Source: Callorhinchus milii
Taxonomy: Eukaryota
Assembly: GCF_018977255.1 (NCBI RefSeq)
Contig: NW_024705525.1
Location: 1 to 36,914 of the forward strand
DNA: 36,914 bases
Direction of reading: 5' to 3'
Position numbers and translations under genes: made by a program
Notes under the pieces: model-generated
Told to the model about the DNA's origin: nothing
What the model saw: the letters and a program-made list of their open reading frames with translations, nothing else
Databases searched by the model: none
Shown: piece by piece, positions 10,255-21,900 of the stretch
Layout of the letters: each line of letters opens with the position of its first letter
Position numbering within the stretch: position 1 is the stretch's first letter

Positions 10255-13207
10255 GCCAGAGGAACGGAGGGTACGAGCAGGTAGGTAGGGGGAAAATAGG
10301 TCTGAAATGTAGGAGGGATCAAGGCCTTGAATGGTCTTGTAGGCGAGGATGATGATCTTGAATTCGATCCGCTGGGGGATGGGGAGCCTGTGGAGGCGAG
10401 CGAGGTTGGGAGTGATGTGTTCCCGAAGCCTGGTGCGGGACACTACATGAGCTGCAGAGTTCTGAATGACCTGCATCTTGTAGAGGGAGGTGCCGGGAAG
10501 GCCGGTGCGGAGAGAGTTCCCATAGTCCAGCCTTGAGGTGATAAAGGCGTGGACCAGAGTTTCAGCAGCGTGAGCGGTGAGGTAGTGCCGTAGTCTGGCG
10601 ACATTCCGGAGGTGATGGAAGGCGGTGCCAGTTGTGGCGCGGATATGAAGGAGAAAGGACAGCTCAGGGTCGAACAGAACACCGATGTTCCAGATGGCTT
10701 TGGGAGGTGGAGAGTGCAGCCTTGGATGGTGATGCTGTCAGCGCCTGAGGTGCGGAGGCGCTGACGTGAGCCAATCAGGAGGTCCTCAGTTTTGCGCACG
10801 ATGAGATGAAGAAAGTTATCTCTCGTCCAGGACTCGATGTCGGACAGGCAGCTGTCAGGACATCGGTGGTCGTGCAGCTGAGGGTAGAGGAGGAAAGGTA
10901 GAGTTGGGTGTAATCGGTATACATGTGGAAGTTAACCCCATGTCTGCGGATGATGTCACCACAGGGGGAGCATATAGAGGGTGAAGAGGAGGGGACCGAG
11001 GACAGAGCCCTGAGGGACACAGCACGAGACAGTGCGGGGGCTGGTGGAAAAGCCATTCATGGAAACAAAGTGAAGACGGTGGGAGTGCTACGACCTAAAC
11101 ACTCAATGACAGTGCCTTGAAGGTTGAGGTGAGAGGACAAGATGTGGAGGAGGATAGCATGGTCGACTGTATCGAACGTTATAGGTCCAGAAGACAGAGG
11201 GAGCCCTGGTCACAGATGGTCAGGATGTCATTGGTGACCTTGACCGGGGCAGTTTCTGTGCTATGGGCAGCATGGAAACCCGACTCAGGGAGTTCGAATA
11301 ACGAATGGGTGGAGAGGAAAGAGCGCAGCTGGGAGACGACAACTGTTTGAAGGACCATGGATATGAAGGGGAGGTTGGAGTTGAGCCGGTAGCTTGATAC
11401 CTGCGACGCATCAATGGAGGGTTTTTTCAAGGTGGGAGTGATTGTGGCAGTTTTTAAGGGAATGGGAACAGAGCCAGAGGAGAGGGACAGGTTTCATGGA
11501 TAGGATGAATTCGGTGACAGAGGGTGGGGAAACGGGTACCATAGTGTGTATGGGAGGATGTGTAGGAGTCGGAGTGTGGAATGGAGGGGGAGGGGGTGGG
11601 TGGATGTTGGAGGGGAATTGGCCGATCAGCGAATTCCCTTGATTTTGGATTCAAGGACATCCAGCATCTCCTCACAGTGAAGGTTGGATGAGATGACCTG
11701 CGCGGTGTGGCGGGGGGGATGGAGAAGTCGGGATGTGTTACAAAACACTAGCTTGGGGTTGTTCTCCGCCGCCAGCATTATCCTGGAGTAAATGCACGAT
11801 TTGGCCGAGGCTAGAGTGGAGCGGCAGATTTTGAGGAGGTCCAGCCGGATTTCTCGGTGGACCGTTAGGCAAGATTTGACGGAGGTGCTTTTAGCGGCCC
11901 GGACCTGGCTCTTCAGTGAGCGGAGGTGGGTGGTGAACCAGGGGAAGGAGCGAGAGTAGGAGACAGTACGAGAGGTGATGGGGGCAAAAGTGTCAAGTGT
12001 GGAGGAGAGGTTGTTGTGGATGAGGGTGAGACTAGAAGAGTGGTCAGTGAGGGTTGCAGGCCAGAGGGAGAGGAGTTCAGAGGACTCCAAGGCAGCGGTT
12101 AGTGATTGTGGGTGTAACTTCTTCCAGGGGCGGTAGAAGATGGTGTTGGGTCTGGTGGAGGTGGGGAGGGGGTTGGAGGTGGTGAAGGAGATGAAGTGAT
12201 GATCGGAGACGGCCTTGTCCGTGATCGTGAAATCCGAGTCACTGAGGCCCGGGGTGATCACCAAGTCGAGTGGGTGTCCGTGACTGTGAGTGGGGGAGTT
12301 GATGTGGAGTGAGAGCTTGAGCGAGGAGGGCAGGGAATGGAAGTCTGAGGAGATGGACAGGAGTGGGTGAAGTGCAGTTTGAAGTCGCCCAGGATGATGA
12401 GGCGATCAGAGCAGAGGCAGAGAAATGCAGCAAGTGTCGAAATATCTGAGATGAAAGTGCGAGAGGTTTTAGGGGACCGGTAGAGGACGAGGATTTTGAG
12501 TGAGAGGAAGGAGGGTTGGGAGTGCGTGAGCTGCTCGAAAGTGGGGAAAGAGCCAGAGGAGTAGGGGGATAGGGCAAGTGGTGTCCTTGAGATAAGGGCA
12601 ACACCACCGCCACGGCGGTAGGTGCGAGGGATGTGGTGGGAGGTGTAGCCGGGTGGTGTGGCCTCCGTGAGGGGGAAGGTGTCACATTGGGTGAGGCAGG
12701 TTTCCGTTAAGTCCATGATATCAACGTTCTCATCAAGGATCAGACCGTTGATGCCCAGGGCCTTGTTAGAGAGGGAGCCGACGTTTTGCAGTCTGATGTG
12801 GAGGGAGCAGTTGACAGAAGGCTGTGTGGGGAGGGAGGGGGGTCCAGGTTGTGAGGCAGGGGTGGGAGAAATGGGGATAAGGAAGGAATTGTTGGCTCCC
12901 TGGATCTGTGTCCGGGGTGGCTGGCGAGTGTGGTGGGGAATGGGGCAGTCGGTGTGGCTGCTGCTGGACAGCCAACGCCGAGTGCCACGGTGAGCCCGGC
13001 CGGCGGAGGATTCCCAGGTTGGAACAGAGGGAGGTTGTGGGAGGGTCAATATGGAATAGAAGGCGAGAGGGACGGAGAGAGAGGAGGACAGAGTTGGAGA
13101 GATGCAGAGGGGATGAGGATTTGTGGGGAGGGGGGAGGGAGGGAAGGGGTGAGGTGTCTTGGGTCAAAGCGGCAGCCATAGTGCGCACGCGGAGAACGGG
13201 AACGAGC
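10255..13207 (-). mobile_element. L2 LINE copy A (APE endonuclease + RT), 3'-truncated and degenerate
   Basis: LQNVGSLSNK, LTET, RRGGGVAL, LYRSP, ILGDFK and SDH endonuclease motifs; RT motifs SGFHAAHSTETA, QGSVLGP and HMYTDYTQLY. Collinear with copy B. Confidence 0.95.
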
Positions 13208-13296
13208 GGTCAGTCGGATGGCATTAGCCCATAGGCTCGGGCTGGGGCAGCGAACCCAACAAGACCATGGTGGAACATGTTTTTCCCCGTGTGTAA

Positions 13297-14067
13297 AAGG
13301 CGCTGATATCAGTATCAAACTCGACCTTTGCTGCTCTCACTATGATCCAACTGTGCAGCGCCTTGGGGCGTCCTCCTGACGTGAAAGGCGCTTTATAAAT
13401 GGAATCTTGTTGTTGTTGTTGTCTTGTTGTAGTTACATTTCACACAGACTCTATATGAATTACCAATCTTTTGAAGAACAAGATAACGAAAGATGACGCA
13501 GGAGATTTTTTTTAAATTAGGTGATGATTCATTGGTTCAGTGAGTAAGTAACTAAATGCAGACAGTATTGGAAATACATACACTTCAACTAAAATTACAA
13601 GCATTTTGAAGAGACACATTCCTGAGTTCATTTTACACATAATCTGTCACAACGCTGAAGCCGCTGTGAGTCACTAATAATTAGCAACCTAAGAGGTCAC
13701 TTGACTTTCCTTTTATAATTTACCAAAGACCGATACATGATTGATTTCTAATATTTTAGAAGCAAACTCGATCCTCTCCTAAACCAATATCTCTTTATAA
13801 ACGACCCCGCTATAACTCCTTCCCCACTGCTCCACATCTCTCTCTTCTCTCTCTCTCGTTAAGTTTCTAACATGCTTAAGTACATGTGGGTTTGGCCGTC
13901 AATTCAACTTCCATGATCAATTCTTATTCATATAATCCTTTGATATGTTTATGCTCGCTTCTTTGGGCGCGTGATTATTTTGGGCTATAACACAATTTTC
14001 TGGATAAAAAATAATATTTAACTGTGGTTTTTTGACCTTCATGAGTGAACTAGTTGAAAAGGAATCT
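13297..14067 (-). repeat. GPCR 3'-flank duplicated cassette, copy 2 (orphan, no adjacent GPCR), carrying a short L2 insertion
   Basis: Close reverse-complement match to 24912-25620 (e.g. ttggccgtcaattcaactt, aattcttattcatataatcctttgatatgtt, aacacaattttctggataaaaa). Confidence 0.88.
13342..13430 (+). mobile_element. ~90-bp 5'-truncated L2 3' tail
   Basis: atgatccaactgtgcagcgccttggggcgtcctcctgacgtgaaaggcgctttataaatggaatc(TTG)n is near-identical to the 3' end of L2 copy B and is absent from the paralogous cassette at ~25577. Confidence 0.92.
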
Positions 14068-17000
14068 ACAACAACAACAAGATTCCATTTATAAATCGCC
14101 TTTCACGTCAGGAGGACGTCCCAAGGCGCTGCACAGTTGGGTCATGACCCGAGCAGGGGGGAAATGGTCAGGGTGAGGAGAGGGAAGAGAGGGAGCGAGG
14201 AGGGGGAAGAGAGTCGAGAGGGGAGCTGAAAGCACGGTCAAAGAGAAAGGTTTTGAGACCGGCCTTGAAGGAGGAAAGGGAGGAAGCAAGGCGAAGGCAC
14301 TGGGGGATGGAGTTCCAGAGCCTGGGGCTGAGAGGCTGAAGGCCCGACCACCGATGGTAGGGCGGTTGGGGCGGGGGACGTGGAGCAGACCGGAGCCAGA
14401 GGAACGGAGGGTACGGGCAGGTAGGTAGGGGGATAGTAGGTTGGAGAGGTAGGAGGGAGCAAGGCCGTGAATGGCCTTGTAGGTGAGGATGAGGATCTTG
14501 AAATCAATCCTCTGGGGGATGGGGAGCCAGTGGAGGCGAGCGAGGGTTGGAGTGATGTGGTCCCGAAGCCTGGTGCGGGACAGTACACGAACTGCAGAGT
14601 TCTGAATGACCTGCAGCTTGTGGAGGGAGGTGGCGGGAAGGCCGGCGAGGAGAGAGTTCCCATAGTCCAGCCTTGAGGTGACAAAGGCGTGAACCAGGGT
14701 TTCAGCAGCGTGAGGGGTGAGGTAATGCCGTAGTCTGGCGATATTCCGGAGGTGATGGAAGGCGGTGCCAGTTGTGGTGCGGATGTGAGGGAGAAAGGAC
14801 AGCTCAGGGTCGAACAAAACGCCGAGGTTCCTGACTGGCTTTGAGAGGTGGAGAGTGCAGCCTTGGATGCTGATGGTGTCAGCGCCTGAGGTGCGGAGGC
14901 GCTGACGTGAGCCAATCAGGAGGGCCTCGGTTTTTCGCACGTTGAGCTGAAGAAAGTTGTCTCTCGTCCAGGACTCGATGTCGGACAGGCAGCTGTCAGG
15001 ACATCGGTGGTCGTGGAGTTGAGAGTAGAGGAGGAAAGGTAGAGTTGGGTGTCATCCGCATACATGTGGAAGTTAACCCCATGTTTGCGGATGATGTCAC
15101 CAAGGGGGAGCATATAGAGGGTGAAGAGGAGGGGACCGAGGACAGAGCCCTGAGGGACACCACATGAGACAGTACGGGGGGTGGAGGAGAAGCCATTCGT
15201 TGAGACGAAGTGAAGACGGTGGGAAAGGTAAGAGCTAAACCATTCAAGGACAGTGCCTTGAAGGTTGAGGTGGGAGGACAAGCGGTGGAGTAGGATAGCG
15301 TGGTCGACCGTATCGAATGCTGCCGATAGGTCGAGGAGGACGAGGAGACAGAGGGAGCCCTGGTCACAGATGGTCAGGATATCATTGGTGACCTTGACCA
15401 GGGCAGTTTCTGTGCTATGGCAGCACGGAAACCTGACTGAAGGGGTTCGAAAAGAGAATGGGTGGAAAGGAAAGAGCGCAGTTGGGAGGCGACAACTCTT
15501 TCCAAGACCTTGGAGAGAAAGGGGAGGTTGGAGATGGGCCGGTAGCTTGATAGCTGCGACGCATCAAGGGAGGGTTTTTTCAGGGTGGGCGTGATGATGG
15601 CAGTTTTTAATGGAATGGGGACAGAGCCAGAGGAGAGGGACAGGTTGATGATGTCAGTGATATGTGGGGCAAGAAATGGAGCTGGGAGATAAGGAGTGGA
15701 GTGGGGATGGGGTCAAGGGAGCAGGTGGTTGGTTTTAGGGATAGGATGAGTTCAGTGACAGAGGGTGGGGAAACGGGTACGAAGGTGTGTAGGGGAGGAT
15801 GGGTAGGAGTCGGAGTGTGGGAGGGAAGGGGTGGGGGGTGGGTGGAAGTTGGAGGGGAAGTGACCGCGGAGCGGATTCCCTTGATCTTGGATTCAAGGAA
15901 ATCCAGCATCTCCTCGCAGTGAAGGTTGGAGGAGATGACCTGCGCGGGGTGGCGGGGGGGACGGAGGAGTCGGGTTGTGGTGGAAAACAGTAGCCTGGGG
16001 TTGTTCTTCGCCTCCAGGATTATCCTGGAGTAGAAGGACGACTTGGCCGAGGCTAGAGTGGAGCGGTAAATTTTGAGGAGGTCCAGCCAGATTTGTCGGT
16101 GGACCGTTAGGCCAGATTTGACACAGGTGCGTTCAGCAGCCCGCACCTGGCTTTTCAGTGAGCGGAGGTGGGTGGTGTACCAGGGGGAGGAGCGGGAGTA
16201 GGAGACAGTGCGGGAAGTGATGGGGGCAAGAGTATCGAGTGTGGAGGAGAGCGTATTGTGGAGGAGGGAGAGAGGAGAAGAGGGGTCGGTGAGGGTTGAA
16301 GGCCAGAGGGAGAGGAGTTCAGAGGACTCCAAGGCATCGGTTAGGGATTGTGGGGGTAACTTCTTCCAAGGGCGGTAGAAGATGGTGGTGGGTCTGGTGG
16401 AGGTGGGGAGGGGGGTGGAGGAGGAGAAGGAGATGAAGCAGTGGTCAGAGATGGCCTTGTCGGTAATAGTGACATCCGAGACACTGAGGCCCCGGGTGAT
16501 CACCAAATCGAGTGGGTGGCCGTGACTGTGAGTGGGGGAGTTTATGTGTAAGGAGAGGTTGAGTGAAGAGAGCAGGGAAGAGAAGTCTGTGGAGATGGAG
16601 CAGGAGGGTGTGAAGTGTAGGTTAAAGTCGCCCAGGATGATGAGGCGATCAGAGCAGAGGCAAAGAGATGTGAGGAGTGTTGAAATGTCAGAGATGAAGG
16701 TGGGAGAGGTTTTAGGGGGCCGGTAGAGGAGGAGGATTTTAAGGGAGAGGAATGAGGGGTGGGAGAGGGTGAGGTGCTCAAAGGAGGGGAAAGAGGCAGT
16801 GGAGTAGGGGGATAGGGATAGGGATAAGTAGGGATAGGGATAAGTGGTGTCCTTGAGATAAGGGCAACACCACCGCCACGGCGGTTGGGGCGGGGGAAGT
16901 GGTGGGAGGTGTAGCCGGGTGGCGTGGCCTCCGTGAGGGGGAAGGTGTCGCCTGGGGTGAGCCAGGTTTCCGTTAGGCCATGATATCAACGTTCTCATCA

Positions 17001-17700
17001 AGGATGAGATCGTTGATGACCAGGGCCTTGTTGCAGAGGGAGCGGACATTTTGCAGTCCGATGTGGAGGGAGCGGTTGACAGAAGGGTGTGTGGGAGGGG
17101 AGGGGGTCCAGGTTGTGAGGCAGGGGTGGGGGGATGGGGATGAGGGAGGAGAGGTTGACTCCCCGGGTCTGTGTCCGGGGTGGGTGGCGAGTGTGGTGGG
17201 GAATGGGGCAGTCGGTGTGGCTGCTGCTGGACAGCCAACGCCGAGTGCCGCGGTGAGCCCGGCGGAGGATTCCCAGGCTGGAGCAGAGGGAGGTTGTGGG
17301 AGGGTCAAGTGGGGATAGAAGACGAGAGGGACGGAGAGAGAGGAGGAGAGAGCGGGAGAGATGCAGAGGGGGGAGGGTTTGGGGGGAGAAAGGAGGGGGG
17401 AGGGAGGGAGGGGTTGAGGGGACTTGGGTCAAAGCGGCAGCCATAGTGCGCACGCGGGGACCGGGAGCGAGCCCTGGGGGGGGCGCAGTGGGATTTTTTT
17501 TTTTTTTTTGCGCGCGCACTCACCTGAAAAACTAATCTATGACGTCGCAGATCCCCCGCTCCGCCCCCACAACGCCCCTACCCCCCCCCCCCCCCCCCAC
17601 CCCCCGGGGCTAAACTCGCTCCGGCGTCGCGTTTAAGTACCTGGGTCAGTAGGCCCAGGCTCCTCCCCGCGCTGTCCTGCCGCCGCTCCCCGACTCAAGG
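14068..17700 (-). mobile_element. Near full-length single-ORF L2 LINE copy B (APE + RT), several frameshifts; 5' boundary uncertain
   Basis: ATG at 17444 (MAAALTQ...LGILRRAHRG...GVNLSSLIPI); [67 protein letters not shown]; 3' stem-loop and (TTG)n tail at 14068; GC/CpG-rich 5' region 17445-17700. Confidence 0.96.
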
Positions 17701-17734
17701 TCTGTTGTCAGTCATGAGACATTTCTAGAAACTA

Positions 17735-18935
17735 TAATCCGGGACAAAATGCAATTTCACTTCGAAAAATACGGGTTAGCAAAGGAGAGCCAACACGAAT
17801 TTGTGGAACGCAAATCTGATGGAATATTTTGATGAAGTAACGGCCATTGTGGATGAAGTTTATGCAGTTGATGAAGTTTAGATGGATTCTCAAAAGGCGC
17901 ATCACAACGTGCTGCATAAGAGACTTGTAGGCCAATTAGAGGTCTATGCTATTAGAGGGACAGTGACAGTATCGATTCAGATCTGCTTGGGAGACCAACA
18001 GAAGATCGCTGAAGTGACGGTTCTTTTTCTGAATGGAGGGAAGTGTGCAATTGTGTCCCCAAGGGGTTAGCATTGGACCACAATCGTTTTTGATATATAT
18101 AAATGATTTGAATTTGGATATAGGGAGTACAAGTTCCAAGCACAACGATGATATTAAGCTAGGAATTACAGTAGACTGTGAAAACTGTCTATCAGTAGAC
18201 GATAAGACGACACATACAGAGTGGTAAAATGGGCAGACACATGGCAGATGAAGTTTAATATGGAGAAATGCGAAACGATGCATTTTGTGACCAAGAATGA
18301 AAAGCGACTATATAAACTGGAACGTGGAATCAGAAAGGGGGTGAAGGACAGAGATATCTGGTGTTTCATATAAGAAAATCTTTTAAGGTAGCAGGACAGG
18401 CTGATAACGCTGGTAAAAAGCATACGGGATACTATACTTTATAAATAGGGACAACATTCAATAAGCAAGATGAATATTTATAAAATACTGGTCTCAGACC
18501 TCAGCTAGAGTAATGTGTTCAGTTCTGGGCACCACCGATAGGAAGATTGTCAAGGCATTGGATAGGAAGCAAAGGAGATTCTCCAGAATGAATCCAGGAA
18601 TGAGCGATTGAGTTATCAGGAGAGGCTTGAGAAATTATGAATATTCTCTTGGAGCAGAGGTAGATAAGAGGAGGCTTAAAATAATGTTTCAGTACAATGA
18701 GGAGATTGAATAGGGTGCTCAAATTGAGAATAATTCTACTGGGTGGGTGTGGATATGTGGGGGTCGTTGGGTGGTGTGGTGTGTGTCGATAACTTATTGG
18801 AGAGAACAAGTTTGCAGTGCTATGGAGAGAGTTTGGTTGTGAGAATTGTTTCGTTATAACTTTTCAAAGAGCTGACACAGACACAGTGGGCCGAATGGCG
18901 TCCTTCAGTGGAGCATAATTCTTTGATTCTATGAG
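17735..18935 (+). mobile_element. CR1 LINE, 5'-truncated RT to 3' tail
   Basis: MDSQKAHHNVLHKRL, CVPQG..IGPQSFLIYINDL, WADTWQMKFNMEKC; ends gggccgaatgg...attctttgattctatg. Confidence 0.92.
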
Positions 18936-19228
18936 ATTCCATAAAAGCCTTTCACCTACAACATATGCAGCAAAAATATATCAAATCTCGTTTCTTCCTG
19001 CACGTCATTAAAAATTGCGAGATTCAGGACTTGCTCTCAAGAAAATTAGGTGGAACAATCAGGGTCAGGCAACATTTGCTGAAGAAACTGTTTTCGTAGA
19101 TTCTGAGTTCATGATTATATTGTTTATATTTGAACAAGTTATAGACGATTGGCTTACAGACGTACAGCGGTTGAGAGTTCATACCCATGGTGAGGACAAT
19201 GCTGAGCATGATCACAGTTAGGTTAGTG

Positions 19229-19490
19229 ACAATAACAACAACAACTTGCATTTATATGGCACTCCTTTTGCACGGTAGCGCCCCAGAGTGCTTGATGATG
19301 CCGATCCTGGGGTAGGGCGAAGATGACTCTTGGCATGGTGGAAGTGGAAGCTCCTCAGTGGCGACATGAATACAATGATGGAAGGGATATGGCGGCGTGA
19401 TGGAGGAAGAATTAATTTTGGGGCCTAGCGGCTGAAAGTGCAGCCTCCAGTGTTAGATATCAGAGCGACAGCGAAGAGGGTCATGAGCCC
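19229..19490 (-). mobile_element. L2 3' fragment
   Basis: (CAA)n + ttgcatttatatggcac tail; ggggcctagcggctgaaag resembles the L2 'AFS..AP..WN' region. Confidence 0.6.
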
Positions 19491-20639
19491 ATGATTTCTG
19501 CAGTTATAGATCTAATACTGAGCCAATTCTCATTCCCAACTTGAATGCTGATAAATAATACGAATTTGTCAGCATAATATTTCTATCGATGATAGAACAG
19601 TCAAAACTTAGATTCTTCTCCTGTTTGTGCCTGCACCTGATGATATGTTTCTCAAAGATTGATCTCAATCTTTGCTCACCAGATGTTCACTGCCGGACAG
19701 TTGCTTGTCAGATATAATAATAGACAAATGCCCACTGTCGGCTGTCACTTTTGCAGAATGCATTGGGGGCGTTATTCTTGAACAAAAAGGATCACCACCG
19801 CAACGTGATGGAAAATATTCTCAGATATGTTAGACCTTCAGTTATTTTTGTGACAAATTAAATTGCAGTGTTACATGATACTGTGATATCACAGCAGCAA
19901 AAACCAACATTGACGATGTTCGGGTATTTAGCAAGGATAAACCCAGGATCTACTGTTAATGGGACTGACACTTTGAAACCCAATCCATGGAGCCGTTGTT
20001 TCACCTCAATATTTTTAAATTTCACATCCACGTGAATGGTCATTTTTTAATCACCAGTTTGGTTTTGTTTGCCGACTTGTCGGTTGATTTTACTATTCTT
20101 GACTGTGTGAAATAGTATGGCATAATTTACGTGGTTTAGCGACTTATGAATCGTAAAATCAATCATATCGCCTCGGAATATTCTCTTTTCCAGCGTGATC
20201 GATCCCAATTACGTGAGACTCAGAGGTGCAAATAGACAGAACTGGTGACTGCAACAAAACAGACATTATGATAACGTAAAATATACTCTACATTTATCAT
20301 TATTTATAAAATAAGCAACTAGACCGGATCAGCAAAAATACATATATATTAATTAAATGCAGAATCATGTATCATTGTTCATTATTATTTTATGATTAGA
20401 TAAAACTAATATATTTCCTGCAGTGTTGAAGGTCATAGAACTGATGTGTGCGAATTGCTTAATAGCGTCGACAAGAGCAGATCCCTGAACAAAGGATCCG
20501 AACCAAAATAATGTGAAACTGAAAAGTGATTGGCCCAGTTCACGCTGGAAACTGGATCTGTTATTAAGACTATTCCGAAATCGAAAGACAATGATAATAA
20601 TCCCAGCGGGTGTTATAGCACCTGATCAGGTCTTCGAGA

Positions 20640-21025
20640 CAACAACAAAGGATAATAATTTCTTGTTGTTATGCCGTCTTTCACATCAGGAGGTCATCTC
20701 AATTTGCTTTACAGGACGTACTGCAAAATGAATCGACTGTACACTTTTTCACCGAAACTGGAAGCCAATTGACCACATCAGTGTCCCACAAACAGTACTG
20801 CGTTCACAGTACAATTTATTGTTATATTATTTACTGATGTTGACGTGTTTGTTTTCTCCAAGAAAAGGAATACGCGAAGTATATATCCAGAATCCCACTT
20901 ACTGCTTGCAGAATAGAGGCATTTCAAGATAATACATTTACCCAATGTTTTGCCCTACCCAGGAGGCTAACCCAGGTCAATTCGCTTGTGCGTTTAGTGC
21001 TCTAACTACACGTCTACAAGACTCC
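20640..21025 (-). mobile_element. Degenerate tRNA-derived SINE with Deu-like core and L2-type tail
   Basis: L2-like tail (ctttcacatcaggagg), core gccaattgaccacatcagtgtcccacaaacag, and a decayed tRNA-like head at 20955-21025. Confidence 0.45.
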
Positions 21026-21454
21026 AGAAAATATCAACCGCTTGTAAATAGTAGCCATTTGAAGAAGTTCTAACATAATAAGAAAAGCAGACGAAATTCA
21101 TATGAGATTTTGGCAGTGTTTTTCTTATGGCTGAATCATCATTAAAATCTACTTAAAAACATATCTATGGAGCGTTTAGTGCATCGTGTCAATGACAACA
21201 TCTTATTTTTCATACAGCCTATGTTACAACTTGTAAAAACATGTACAATTCCCTCTTGATATTCCTCAGCAGCTGTCTTCAATTATTTGTTCATTCGACA
21301 ATGATCCTTTTCAGCGATCACACCACCAAATTAATCAACTGGGGAAATTCCTCTGCTATATTAATGCTTCTTTGACACCGACATTCAACAATTGAAGACT
21401 GAGCGTTTGTGCAATTGTGGTGAAGGCAAACAATCCGTATCGTACTGAACAAAA

Positions 21455-21536
21455 ATGTATGTGGTTGAATTGAATGATTTAATTATTCAGATAGAACCGA
21501 TATACTACGCTATTGTTGCAGCTATTGGCGTTCCAG
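21455..21536 (+). CDS. GPR139-like GPCR, coding exon 1 (N-terminus + start of TM1)
   Basis: ATG at 21455 gives MYVVELNDLIIQIEPIYYAIVAAIGVP, then a phase-1 donor CAG|GTATGT. It splices in frame to 23401 to give YYAIVAAIGVPVNLVTIVILSRGKCGLS. Confidence 0.9.
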
Positions 21537-21689
21537 GTATGTCAATATAACTTCTTATATGGAGGAGAGTTTATTCAGGGTCCCAACAACTCTGTGTCGT
21601 AAATAAACGGCAGCAGCTGGTCAATCTTGGAGACTCTGGCACTAAGTTCCAGAGAGGAGGAAAATAATCTTAAATCTCGAACACGAATT

Positions 21690-21900
21690 GTTAGGCAGAT
21701 TGGAGTATAGGAGCTGCTGCAGATTGGAGCCCGCTGTGAGGACGGTGCATTTGGAATAGAAAGGTTTGAAAAGATTCCCCATGGTGGGATTTGAAGTTTA
21801 GTCCGGGGATGTTAAACTCGATCCGCTTGAGAACGGGGAGCCAGGCGAGCCGGGTTAGCATGGGAGCATGGACTCGGAGAGCCAATTCTGGAACAGACAC
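21690..21900 (-). mobile_element. L2 fragment in the GPCR intron
   Basis: MLTRLAWLPVLKRIEFNIPGLNFKSHHG resembles TLARLHWLPIPQRIDFKILILTYKAIHG. Confidence 0.7.

Noticed and set aside
13208..13430. Novel SINE with L2 tail
   Set aside because: Sequence left of the tail (13297-13340) matches the cassette at 25578-25620, so only the ~90-bp tail is an insertion.
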